64,000 bases of DNA from contig OZ024741.1 in the NCBI GenBank assembly GCA_964016885.1, positions 394,506,001 through 394,570,000 on the forward strand, read 5' to 3'. The notes beneath the pieces were generated by a model that had not been told where the DNA came from, ran no database searches, and worked only from the letters and a program-made list of their open reading frames with translations. The stretch comes from Eledone cirrhosa (taxonomy: Eukaryota). Within the stretch, counting starts at the first letter, position 1. Each line of letters starts with the position of its first letter. Below, piece by piece: positions 44,301-56,714 of this stretch. The translations under genes and the position numbers were made by a program.

Positions 44301-46913
44301 TAGAATCAATAAGATTTAGCAAAGGAGTAAAGATAGAGGAAAATAGAGTAGAAGGAGAGCTAGTGAGAATGCTAGAAGAGGCGTTTAGGACAGGCATCAC
44401 AACCGACGTGCTTGCGGCAAGATTGGCACTCGACCAATTCTTCAATGCAAAGCACGAAGGCTGCGTTGTCAGAGCTAGAGCGCGTGCTCTGAGACAAGAG
44501 GGGACAAAAGCTGTCCAATGGATCCGGGTGGTGGAGGCGCCACGTGGCAACAAATCCACAATTCAATCCTTGCCTGACCAAAACGGGCACATGTTACTCG
44601 AACCTGAGCCAATGTGTGAGACTTTTCAGCAGCACTTTGCTCAACAGTTTGGGAGCGGCGGCGGGCCAGATCGGAGTATGAACTTCAGTGCATACCTCGA
44701 GCGACTGCCGCAGCTCTCGACGGCCGCAGTGCAGTATTGCGAAAAGCCGATAACAGCAGGCGATGTCTGACTGCACGAGGGGTAAATCGCCAGGTTTGGA
44801 TGGTCTGCCCTACGAGCTTTATGCGTACATGTCAGACTTGTTCGGCGACCTCTTGGCAGACGTCTACTGCAAATGGCAGCAGAACGGGAGCATTCCCAGT
44901 TTTGTGAGCCGGGGAACTCATGCGATACATCATAGAGAGGGTGTTTAAGGAACCTGGCACGGGTGGGGCCCTGATCAACTTAGATCAATCTAAGGCATTT
45001 GATAGGGTCGACCATCGGTACCTGGCGGCGGTCCTCGAGGCGGCTGGTTTCGGGGCAATTTTCAGCGGTTGCATCGCTGCAATGCACAGCAACATCTGCT
45101 CAGTTGTGAAGGTGAACGGTCATCTGTCACAGACGTTCAGCATCATGCGCTCAGTCCGTAAGGGTTTTCCCCTCTCGTCACTCTTGTACGTATTGGCCCT
45201 AGAGCCGTTGCTGCACAAATTGGAGGCGATGAGAGACGTCCCACGCGAACTGGGATGTGGGAGACCCACATCGGCTTACGCCGACATGTGCCGGACGTGT
45301 CCAGATGCTCGGCACCGCTCTCAAGGAATATGAAGCAGTGACAGGAGCAAAATTAAACCAGGAAAAGTTGGTGGACTTGCAGTTTTGTACCTGGAGAGTC
45401 AAGTCCATGCCGCCCGACAGCGTCGTGGGGCGCTGGACGGAATGACTGGTTAAATTTCCCGGGGTCTATTTCGGTCCGGACCTCCAGATAGAGAAAAACT
45501 GGAGCGAGGTGACGAACAGGGTGGCGTCTCTCACCCAGAAATGGGCCGAGAGGAAGCTGTGCCTGAAAGGTCGGGCAGAGGTGGCGAATGCGTTCATCGC
45601 ATCCGTCATTAGCTACCGCCTAACCATTGTGCCTTGCCCAGGCCCAACTCTGACAAAAGTGGAGCGCCTCCTCTTCCGCTTTTTATGGAAGGGGCGTGCT
45701 CCCATGGTCAGATGATCCATCTGCTGTCAACACACTTTACGTGGAGGGCTGGGCATGCCGTGGTTGATGATGCGCAAAAACGCGCTGATGCTGCGACATC
45801 TCTGGTGCTTCCTTGGCGGTGAGCAGGTGTCGTCACTGTTTGCCAGACGTGTTTTTCCCCAGCTCGTCTCATAAACAGAGTTGCATTCCGGAAAAGACCG
45901 AGGGATAGCGCTTGGAAGCTGGAATGTCTCCAAGCGCTCACAGCCTTCTACCAGCTGGGCACTGGCATCGGTGGTTCTATAGTATCTAGTATCGGCGTTC
46001 TATAGAGGACTAGTGGAAGGGAAGAGTGACGACGTTCTCGGGGACAACCTGGGTGTCGAAGACGATCAGCTGTTCACTCTCTTCAAGAGAACTTTCAGAC
46101 CGGGACCTATGGACAACTTCCAGAAATCCCTGGCTTGGCAGTGCTACCGGGGAGCGTTGCCGGTTAGAGATAAGCTCAACAGGCACGGAAGTGCCGTCAG
46201 CCGGACCTGTCTGAGATGCGCACAGAGCGACGAAACCGTTGTGCACGCACTCGTTCAGTGTCCGAGCATTGCTGACTTGTGGAGCTATGTCGAACATTTG
46301 CTGTCACGTGTAGGACGGATCCGGTTATCGACTGAGTCCATTGTGCAGATAGCCCCGCCGTCCTCCTTTAAGGAGGAGGAAGGGCAGGCAGTTTTAATCT
46401 GCCTGGTAGCCATGGCGAAAGAGATTGTATGGTGGACAAGGTTGAAAGGATTGAAGACGGACACTTTCCTCTTTGGCGAATCCCTCATTAATTTTTTCAA
46501 ATTTCACTTGAAGAGGAAAATCAGGGTGGAGAGATAAGTGCTGTCTTCTAGTAGGTTTGTTGAAAGGTGGGTGAAAGTGGTGAGTCTGATCCGAGTGAAC
46601 GGGCCCATTCTGAGTATGCACCTGTAGACTGAGGAGCGGAAAACAGAGAGGACGCATGTCCTGGTGGTCAGGGTGGTCGTGGTCTTTTGTGTGGTTTTCG
46701 CCACGAGTCACCCTCGGAGGTTTCCCCCTATTGGAGAATTGTTGTTGTTTGAATTTTTTTTATATTTCTATCTTCTTGTTATAACCTTTTTTTATACGGC
46801 CAAAACCCACTTTCTATCGTCCTTTACCGTTCTGTGCCGTCTGTAATATTTTTCTTCATGTTAGCCCTTGTGGCCAATAAAGAAACCATTATTATTATAA
46901 TTATTATTATTAT
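41355..46913 (+). mobile_element. Tx1/L1-clade LINE copy C (near full length, decayed, F-like subfamily)
   Basis: Starts at G directly after (ATT)n. ORF1 has an (AAC)n tract and CYLCGSKGHLRAFC. ORF2 runs 43445-46628 with an internal deletion near 44915. Ends AATAAAGAAACC(ATT)n. Confidence 0.92.
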
Positions 46914-47910
46914 TCTTTGAGTCTCAGTCATTGATGTTATTTAACTGGAAGGTTTGTTGAAATGAATATCAAGCCACTACCTGCAGCCTCAGACATTCAG
47001 GACGTATCGGAGCGTTCTTGCTGTTCCCAGCAAGCATGCTTTTTGAAGTGTTCCAAAAAGCGGGACTGGACTAATCTTCTTTAACCATCCTTGGAAACTC
47101 TTTGAGATAGTACCTAGTGCTTCTATGACAATCGGGACGACCATGACTTCATGGCAGCTCCAAATCCTTTTTAACTCCCACTTTAAATCCTGGTATCGGT
47201 TAATTTTCTCCCTCTCCTTTTCTTGCACTCTTGTGTTGAATGGGTAGGCTACATCTACAATCAGGCACGATCTTTTTTCCTTGTCCAAAACCACCAGGTC
47301 AGGCCTATTGTGTTTTAATTTCTTGTCCGTCTGTATCCTAAAATCCCATAGCACCTTCACCTGATCGTTTTCTATCACCGACTCTGGCTTATGCTCATAC
47401 CACTTCTCAGAATGTGGTAAATTGTTTACTTTGCATAGATGCCAGTGGATCACCCTGCCCATCACATCATGTCTCCAGCCTTTATAGTGAGTCTGGGCTA
47501 GGTGTTTACACTCGGATACAATGTGATCCACAGTCTCCTCTCTCTCTCTCCACAGATCCTACACAGTGAGCTAGCCTCCTCCTTGTCAAAATGGTGTTTC
47601 GCCCACTTCGTTCTGAGGGCCTGAACTTGCGCAGCCATTAGCATTCCTTCTGTAGCTTTTCAAGGTCTCCTCTTTTTAACCAGTTCCATGTCTGTGGATC
47701 TCTAAATTCTGTTTTCTTAAAGAAGGTGCTATGAAAGGATTTTTCATGAAGGTTGCTCTTCCTCCTTCTTGTTATTTCCTCCTTGGACATCCCCTGGTCT
47801 ATTGTCCTCTCCTTCAGTACAATTTTGAGCATTGGCTCCCTACTGTCAGTCACATATGTGTGCAGGTTGTTTTTCTCCATCTGAACACAGTCCTCTATGC
47901 TGATAATACC
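46914..47910 (-). mobile_element. 5'-truncated R4/Dong-type LINE (CCHC and RLE endonuclease) inserted in the ATT tail of copy C
   Basis: ORF 46989-47531 DHIVSEC..RHD..LWDF..RPDLVVLD..IVDVAYP..LQKACLLGTARTLR. (TTA)n lies on both sides (46888-46913, 47911-47930). Confidence 0.92.
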
Positions 47911-47930
47911 TTATTATTATTATTATCATT

Positions 47931-49066
47931 ATGCTGCAACATCTCTGGTGCTTCCTTGACGGTGAATAAGTGTGGTCGCCGTTCGCCAGGCACGTTTTCC
48001 CACAACTCGTCTCCTTGACGGAGCTGCAGTCCTGGGTCAGGAAAAGACCGAGGGATAGCGCTTGGAAAGTGGAATGTCTCCAGGCGTTCACTGCCCTCTG
48101 CCAGCTGGGCACCAGTATCGGTGGAACATCCACCTCGGCGTTCTATAGAGGACTAGTGGAGGGGAAGAGCGATGACGTTCTTGCAGAGATACTGGGCGTC
48201 GAAGAAGATCAGCTGTTTGCTCTCTTCCGGAGAACTTTCATCCCAGGGCCTATGGATAACTTCCAGAAATCTCTGGACTGGCAGTGCTACCGGGGAGCGT
48301 TGCTGGTTCGAGATAAGCTCTACAAGCACGGAAGTGCTGTCAGCCGAGCCTGTCCGAGATGCGCGCAGAGCGACGAAACCGTCGTGCACGCATTTGTTCA
48401 GTGCCCGAGCATTGCTGACTTGTGGAGCTATGTCGAACAGTTGCTGTCGCGTGTAGGACTGATCCGGTTATCGTAGAGTTCATTGTGCAGATGGTCTGAC
48501 CGTCTTCCTTTGAGGAGGAAAGGCAGGCGGTTTTAATCTGCCTGGTGGCCATCGCGAAAGAGATTGTGTGGTGTACAAGGTTGAAAGGGTTAAAGACACT
48601 TTCCTCTTCGGCGAATGCCCGATTAACTTTTTCAAGTTTCACTTGAAGAGGAAAATCAGGGTGGAGAAGCAAGTGCTGCCTTCTAGCAAGTTTGTTGAAA
48701 GGTGGGTGAATGTAGCGAGAATGGTCCGAGTGAACGGAACCGCTCTGAATATACGCCTGTAGTTTGAGGAATGGGAAAAAATTGAGAGAGGGCGTTTGCC
48801 CTGGTGGTCAGGGTGGCCGTGGTCTTTTGTGTGGTTTTCGCCACGAGTAACCCTCGGAGATTTCCCCCCTATAGGGGAATTTTTCATTGTTTGAATTTTC
48901 ATTTTTATTGTTTATATATATATGATTCTATGTCTTTTTTCTTTTTCGTTTCTTATATAAATAATAAAAAATTTTACACGCACAAAACCCACATCGTACC
49001 GTCCTGTACCGTCTGTAATGTTTTTCTTGATGTCAGTCCTTGTGGCCAATAAAGAAATCATTATTA
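47931..49066 (+). mobile_element. Tx1 copy D, 5'-truncated (F subfamily)
   Basis: ORF2 C-terminus ...VRVNGTALNIRL and a 3' UTR close to 55330-56480. Ends AATAAAGAAATCATTATTAT. Confidence 0.93.
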
Positions 49067-50145
49067 TCTTCCTCGGCGGTGATCAGGTGTGGTCGCCGTT
49101 TGCTAGACGCGTCTTTCCCCAGCTCGTCTCCTTGACAGAGCTGCAGCCCTTGGTCAAGCGAAGATCGAGAGGGAGCGCTTGGAGACTGGAATGTCTTCAG
49201 GCGCTCACGGCCCTCGACCAGTCGGGCAATGTGATCGGTGGAAACTCCACCTTGGCGTTCTATAGGGGATTAGTGGAGGGGAAGAGCGACGACGTACTTG
49301 GAGAAACTCTAGGCGTCGACGAAAATCAACTAGCCAATCTCTTCGGAAGGACTTTCGGGCCGGGGCCTATGGACAACTTCCAGAAATCCCTGGCCTGGCA
49401 GTGCTACTGAGGAGCTTTGCCAGTTCGGGATAAACTCTACAGGCATGGAAGTGCCGTCAGCCGGGCCTGTCCGAGATGCGCGCAGGGCGACGAAACCGTC
49501 CTGCATGCACTCGTCCAGTGTCCGAGCATTGCTGACTTGTGGGTTTATGTCGAACACCTGCTGTCGCGTGTAGAACGGATCCAGCTATCAGCTGAGTCCA
49601 TCGTGAGGATTGCCCCTCCCTCTTCCTTTAGCCGGGAAGGGCAGGCAGTTCTTATCAGTCTGGTGGTCATAGCGAAATAGATAGTATGCTGGACGCGTTT
49701 GAAAGGGCTGAAGACAAGCACTTACCTCTTCGGTGATGCCCTGATTAACTTTTTCAAATTTCATTTGAAAAGGAAAATCAGGGTAGAGAGGGAAGTGCTC
49801 TCTTCCCAGCATTTTGTTGAAAGATGGGTGAGAGAGGCAAGCATGGCCCGAGTGAATATACTCTGAGTATATGCCTGTAAATTGAAGGTGGAAAACTGGG
49901 AGAGGGCAACTGCCCTGGTGGTCAGGCTCACTGTGGCTTTGTTAATGGGCTTTCTCCACGATAGCCTTCGGAAGTCTCCCCCCCCCTCCCTATTGGGCAA
50001 TTTTTCATTGTTCTTTTTTTGTTACATCCTCTGTTTTTGTTTTTTTTTACACGCAGAAATGACCATTTGTACCGTCCTGTATTGTCCTGTACTGTCCTTA
50101 ATGTCTACTTTGTGTAAACCCTTGAGGTTAATAAAGAAAGCATTA
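49067..50145 (+). mobile_element. Tx1 copy E, 5'-truncated (G subfamily)
   Basis: Colinear with 61345-62410. Ends GGTTAATAAAGAAAGCATTAT. Confidence 0.93.
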
Positions 50146-50146
50146 T

Positions 50147-50378
50147 GTGGTTTGGCAGTATCGGTCGGACGCCATGCTTTGAAGCATAGAGTTACCTCCC
50201 TTTATGATCTGAGTTCAAATCCCGCCGAGGTTAACTTTGCCTTTCATCCTTACGGGGTCGATAAAATAACACTGAGTATTTTGCTGGCCTTGCGCCAAAA
50301 GTAGAAACAATCATAATTAAATGCACTGGATAAATTGCTGGCCTTGTGCCTAAAGTAGAAACAATTATTATTATTATT
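50147..50378 (+). mobile_element. Meta-like tRNA SINE with a duplicated 3' end, inside the Tx1 array
   Basis: TGGCAGTATCGG, GAGTTCAAATCC, core GCCTTTCATCCTTACGGGGTCGATAAAAT, TTGCTGGCCTTG.GCC.AAAGTAGAAACAAT twice, then (ATT)n. Confidence 0.88.
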
Positions 50379-50594
50379 GAATGCCATGTTTGACGGAGAC
50401 TCGGCTCTGTAAGGTATAGTAATTTTTAACCGTTATAACAATTGTAAATTTTTTAAAACTTGAATCAAATTGTAGATAAAGACACCCTCCTCCTTGTGGG
50501 AGGGGTCTTTCTGCCCGTTATTTGGCCCTTCGGGGTGAAATAACCAGTTATTGGGGTTTTGTGCCCAATATTCGTTTTAAACCGTAAAAAAAAC

Positions 50595-52720
50595 ATGGCT
50601 ACAAAAAAGAATGTTCGCAAGTCACTCCCACTCCTTCCGTCTTCTTCTTCCGTCATTACGTCAGAGAAAAGATTGTCTCTCTCCCTCCCTTCTCTAAATG
50701 TGGTGTCGCCTCTCTCGCCTCTTTCGCAAGCGACGCCATTAAAGAAAAAGAAAAATGTAGTTTCCCGTAGCGTTCTTCATCAAGAGAACGCGCGTACCGT
50801 GGAACATTTCTCCACGACAGCGACAACGACGAAAGATGTGTGCGGTAAATACGGAAAGCCATTTCATTCGTCTGACGTCATGAAGAATAGCAGCAGCAGC
50901 CGTAATAACAGCAGCAACAGTGGCGAGGAAAATACTAGTAGCAGCCGCAACAACATCAGCAACAGCATAAACAACAACAGCAGCAGCAACAACAGCAACA
51001 ACAACAGCAGCAACAACAACAACAACAACAGCAACAACAACAACAGCAGCAACAGCAACAACAACAACAACAACAACAACAACAGCAACAGCGGCGGCGG
51101 CGGTGGTAGTACCAGCAGCAACAACAAAAGTAACAGGAGCTCTGACAACAACAACAACAACAACAACAACAAGAAAGAAAAACCAATCTCGTTTGCAGGT
51201 ATCGCAAAGAACCTGGAAACCATCCTTATAACAAATGAGGAATTACAGGAAGCAAAGAAGATGGTGACGAAAACCGGACACCGAGTAATCTGCAAGGCAG
51301 CCGAAGAATTTTTCGAAACCCAACAGCACTGTACGGTCACATACCGTACAGTAAGCACAAAATCACGTAGGGTTGAAAGAGACACAGAGGCTCAAATACA
51401 AAAAGCCTTAGGGTCTGTGTGGCAGCGGAAAACGCATATCACCCGAGGCAAGAAATATGCCACCGTGGACGTGCTTTTTGCCACACCCCAGGAGGCAAAG
51501 GTTCAATCCTTAGTGACCCTAAGGAGCGAGGAAATGGTGTTGGTGCCCTCCTACTGCGGGAAAAAAATTGTGAGGGTCAAACTGACCCAAGTCCCCCTCG
51601 GGATGGCCCCTTCTTGGCTGGCCGCGTCTGTCCTCGTCGGAATCGAGGACAAAACAACCGTACTGCAAGTACAGAAAAAGTACGAGAAGATTGGGTCGGC
51701 GCCTCCATTGAGATGTTAATTTAAACCAACCAGGAGTGCATCGAAGCTATCCCGGATGTGATAGATTTCGATAATGGCACTCAACTTCCGATAAGTGTTG
51801 AGGGCAAACGCCCAAAATGCTTTCGCTGTGGGTCGAAGACTCACCTCAGGGCCTTCTGCAATGAGAAGACCCTGAGAAAGGAGAAAACCCCCCTCCTTCC
51901 GAAACCGGCTCCACTGCTACCAGCAACAGGACAAGCGGCCACGGAAATCAAGAACAGCAGCAGCAGTGGAAGTATTAACAACAACAGTAATACCAACTGC
52001 AGCTGCAACAGAGACTCCACTGCAACCATCACCAACAAGAACAAGTGAAAGAGTGGAGCTGGTACCCCTCCCCGACCTCACAGAATCGGACATGGAGTGT
52101 GAGGTGGGAGAGGGATGGCAAAAGGTCGCAAGAAGGCACAAACGCAGAAGCAGCGCATCGTCGCCTTCAAAAAGGGGGGAAGAAATGAAAGAAGAGTAAA
52201 GGCTACTGCAAAGAGACTTACAGCAGCAACACCACCAACACCATCACCACCCACACTAGCACTACCATCACCACCGGCGGCAACCCCACCGCCAACAACA
52301 ACAACACTTTTAACAACACCACCACAAGCACCAACATCGCAAACACAACAAAACACACACACCCAGCAACAACGACAAGAAAATAGCAAAACCACACCCC
52401 ACCCCCAGAAAAAGAAATGCACAGCAATAAATACACACAACATGAAACTAATGACTTACATAATTGAACACACAGACATTTCACAGCACGACTACATAAT
52501 ACCAGCACCAATCAAAACACCAACGAACATAAGACTGGTAAGAATATCACAGAAACAATACACAAACATTAAAATGAAATTCCCCAACGCAGTTGGTGAT
52601 TTCAGAGACCTAGGAGGGACACTAAACCGGAGAGTATACTCGGATATACTCACAGAAGAGCCGACGACCAGTCGAAGGGACGGTTCAACGGTCCCTTCAC
52701 CAGACGATCAAGGTAAGTGA
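50595..52720 (+). pseudogene. Tx1 ORF1 (gag-like: N/S-rich tract, RRM-like region, CCHC knuckle, T/P-rich tail), frameshifted
   Basis: ORF pieces 50559-51719, 51758-52048, 51966-52199 and 52115-52720. CFRCGSKTHLRAFC knuckle. Confidence 0.8.
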
Positions 52721-52752
52721 TCCTTTCTCACTTGCCCCGTTCCTCACCCAAC

Positions 52753-55700
52753 ATGGCCGTATTCAGGATCGGAAGTGTAAACGTGCGTGGCTTGAGCTCG
52801 GTTTGGAAGCAGGGTCACTTGCTTAACAACCTCAGGTTACTAAACATAGATGTGGTGGCCATCAACGAGACAAGAATCTAAGAAACACAAACTTTCGCAC
52901 CGATCTTCGATGGTTACGAGGTGTACGCATCTCCGAGCCGTCCGGGAGCGGGAGGCGGAGTGGCTGTTGTTTCGGAAAGGCTTGTGTCTCGCCATACGGA
53001 CCATCTTCCTGGACCCAGAAGAGAAGTCGGTGGTGCTGGACTTAAGCGAAGGCAACGCTTTCAGGCTAGTAGCCGTCTATGCCCCGACAGGGACAGGACG
53101 GCCAGATTTCTTTAGACGTCTAGAGACCTTTCTTGGAACGTCCCGGGCTTTAGTGTTAGTGGGCGACTGGAACGGTATCTTGGATGCACGCTGGGATTGT
53201 GTGGGGCTAGTGGATAGGGGAGGAGGGTGCAAGAGCCTCACCAACATGCTCAGACGTTTTGAACTGTCTGACAGGTATCGACTGGATCACCCGAATGTGC
53301 CAATCTGGACATGGACAAACCGCATCGGGTCATCCAGATCGTATCTCGATAGGGTATTCTGCAGAGAACTAGATAAGGCTAGTATAAGTTGTCCACAATT
53401 TAAAATGGTCGACTACACAGACCACAAATTTGTGATCTGTGAGATCGACATAGACAGACTTCATAGACAAGGACCCAGTTACTGGAAGCTGAACGCGTCT
53501 TTCCCGGCGCGCAAAGCCTACAGAGACCGGATTAGCGTATTAGTTAAGCGGGCGTTGACGGGTGCGGTCGTCAGCAACAGGTGGTGGTTCGCCCTGAAAA
53601 GGGCAATTAAAGTAGAGTCGATTAGGTTTAGCAAAGGACTAGTGATAGAGGAAAATAGAGTAGAGGGAGAGATAGTCAGAAAGCTAGAAGAGGCGTTTAG
53701 GACAGGCGTCGCAACCGACGTGCTTGTGGCGAGATTGGCACTCGACCAATTCTTCAACGCAAACACGAAGGCTGCGTTGTCAGAGCTAGAGCGCGTGCTC
53801 TGAAACACGTTGGGACAAAAGCCGTCCAATGGGTCCGGGTGGCAGAGGCGCGACGTGGCAACAAAGCCACAATTCGGTCTTTGTCTGACCGAAACGGGCG
53901 CGTGTTGCTCGAACCCGTGCAGATGTGTGAAGCTTTTCAGTAGCACTTTGCTGAACTGTTCGGGAGCAGCGGCGGGCCGGGTCGGGGTATGGACTTCAGT
54001 GCATACCTCGACGGACTGCCTCGACTCTAGACGACCGCAGCACAGTGTTGCGAAAAGCCAATAACAGCCGATGAAATAGGGAAGCGATGGCTAACTGCAC
54101 GAGGGGTAAATTGCCAGGTTTGGATGGTCTGCCCTACGAGCTTTATGCATTTATGCCAGAATTGTTCGGTGACCTCTTGGCAGACGTCTACTGCAACTGG
54201 CAGCAGAACGGCAGCATTTCCAGTTTTGTGAGCCAGGGAGCGGTGGTGCTGCTGAGAAAAGACCCGAACAAGGGGGATGTTATCGATAACTTCATGCCCA
54301 TAACCCTGCTAAATGCAGAGTTCAAGATTTTGGCCAAGGTGTTAGCAACGAGGTTGGCGCTTGTCGTCAAGGGTCTGGTGGGAGAGGCGCAGACATGCGT
54401 CATTCCGGCCATATCCATACACGACAACCTCCACCTCATGCGATACATCATAGAGAGGGTGGTTAAGGAACCTGGCACGGATGGGGCCCTGATCAACTTG
54501 GATCAATCCAAAGCATTCGATAAGGTCGACCATCGGTACCTGGCGGCGGTCCTCGAGGCAGCCGGTTTCGGGCCCATTTTCAGGGTTTTGATCGTGGCGA
54601 TGTACAGCGACACCTGCTCAGTTGTGAGGGTGAACGGCCACCTGTCACAGCCGTTCAGCATGATGCGCTCGATCCACCAGGGTTGTCCCCTCTCGTCCCT
54701 ATTGTACGTATTGGCTCTCGAACCGTTACTGCACAAACTGGAGGCGATGAGGGGCGTCCCACGCGAACTAGGATGCGGAAAATCCGAGTCAGCTTATGCA
54801 GACGACGTCACCGTGGTGGTGTCGAGCACCAGACACGTCCAGATGCTCGGCACCGCTCTCAAGGAATACGAAGCTGTAACAGGACCAAGGATAAACCAGG
54901 AAAAGTCGGTGGGCTTGCAGCTCGGCATCTGGAGAGGCAAGTCCATGCCGTCTGACAGCGTAGTGGGGAGTTGGACGGACGGACCGGTTAAATTGCTCGG
55001 GGTCCGGTTCGGACCGCACCACCAGATAGAGAAAAACTGGAGCGAGGTGACGAGCAAGTTGGCCTACCTCACCCAGAAATGGGCCGAGAGGAAGCTGTCC
55101 ATGAAAGGCCGAGCGGAGGTGGCGAATGCCTACATCGCATCCGTCATCTGCTACCGCCTTACCGTCGTCCCTTGCCCCGGCCCAACTCTCACCAAAATGG
55201 AGCGCCTCCTCTTCCGCTTTTTGTGGAACGGACGCGCTCCCATGGTCAGACGATCCATCTGCTGTCAACACCCGTTGCGTGGAAGACTGGGCATGCCATG
55301 GTTGATGATGCGCAAACATGCGCTGAGGCTGCGACATCTCTGGTGCTTCCTTGATGGTGAACAGGTGTGGTCGCCGTTTGCCAGGCACGTTTTCTCACAG
55401 CTCGTCTCCTTGACGGAGCTGCAGTCCTGGATCAGGAAAAGACCGAGGGATAGCGCTTGGAAAGTGGAATGTCTCCAGGCGTTCACTGCCCTCTGCCAGC
55501 TGGGCACCAGTATCGGTGGAACATCCATCTCGGCGTTCTATAAAGGACTAGTGGAGGGGAAGAGCGACGACGTTCTCGGAGAGATCCTGGGCGTCGAAGA
55601 AAACCAGCTGTTTGCTCTCTTCCGGAGAACTTTCATCCTAGGGCCTATGGATAACTTCCAAAGATCCCTGGCCTGGCAGTGCTACCGGGGAGCGTTGCCG

Positions 55701-56162
55701 GTTCGAGATAAGCTCTACAAGCACGGAAGTGCCGTCAGCCGAGCCTGTCCGAGATGCGCGCAGAGCGACGAAACCGTTGTGCACGCACTCGTTCAGTGCC
55801 CGAGCATTGCTGACTTGTGGAGCTATGTCGAACAGTTCCTGTCGCGTGTAGGACTGATCCGGTTATCGACTGAGTTCATTGTGCAGATGGTCTCATCGTC
55901 TTCTTTCGAGAAGGAAGGGCAGGCGGTTTTCATCTGCCTGGTGGCCATGGCGAAAGAGATTGTGTGGTGGACAAGGTTGAAAGGGTTAAAGACAGATACT
56001 TTCCTCTTCGGCGAATCTCTAATTAACTTTTTCAAGTTTCACTTGAAGAGGAAAATCAGGGTGGAGAGGCAAGTGCTGCCTTCTAGCAAGTTTGTTGAAA
56101 GGTGGGTGAATGTAGCGAGAATGGTCCGAGTGAACGGGACCGCTCTGAATATACGCCTGTAG
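52753..56162 (+). pseudogene. Tx1 ORF2 (APE disrupted; RT and CCHC open over 54087-56162, 691 aa)
   Basis: GDWN, YLDR, YTDHK, GLDGLPYE, NLDQSKAFD, QGCPLS, YADD, CPRC..H...C. Confidence 0.93.
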
Positions 56163-56472
56163 TTTGAGAAATGGAAAAATTGAGAGAGGGCGCTTGCTCT
56201 AGTGGTCAGGGTGGCCGTGGTCTTTTGTGTGGTTTTCGCCACGAGTAACCCTCAAAGGTGTCCCCCCCCCCCCATTGGGGAATTTTTCATTGTTTCAATT
56301 TTCATTTTTATTGTTTATATATATATATATATATGTTTCTATGTCTTTTTTCTTTTCTTATATAAATAATAAAAATCTTTAAACGCACAAAACCCACATC
56401 GTACCGTCCTGTACCGTCCTGTGCCGTCTGTAATGTTTTTCTTGATGTCAGCCCTTGTGGCCCATAAAGAAA

Positions 56473-56507
<35 letters not shown>

Positions 56508-56714
56508 GGCGACCTACGTAGTAAATCGTATCATCGTGAGCTCCGCAAAGGTTTGTTATTTCCGTTTGTTAAAAATTGCCATTTATGGAAAATTTTATTG
56601 TTAACTGTTTATAAGCACACATACATTGTTTTCCGAAAAGGACACCCAAAAAGATTGGGGCCTTGTGCCCAAAATTTTAACTTTTATTATTATCCAAAAA
56701 TTTCTTTGAAAAAA

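Larger units (their letters stand above)
50379..56507 (+). mobile_element. Tx1/L1-clade LINE copy F, full length (~6.1 kb)
   Basis: (ATT)n on both sides, 5' UTR, ORF1, ORF2 (APE, RT, CCHC), 3' UTR. Confidence 0.95.

Noticed and set aside
50864-51385. Antisense poly-Leu and poly-Cys ORFs and other minus-strand ORFs over the LINEs
   Set aside because: These are shadow frames of (AAC)n tracts and of the sense ORFs.
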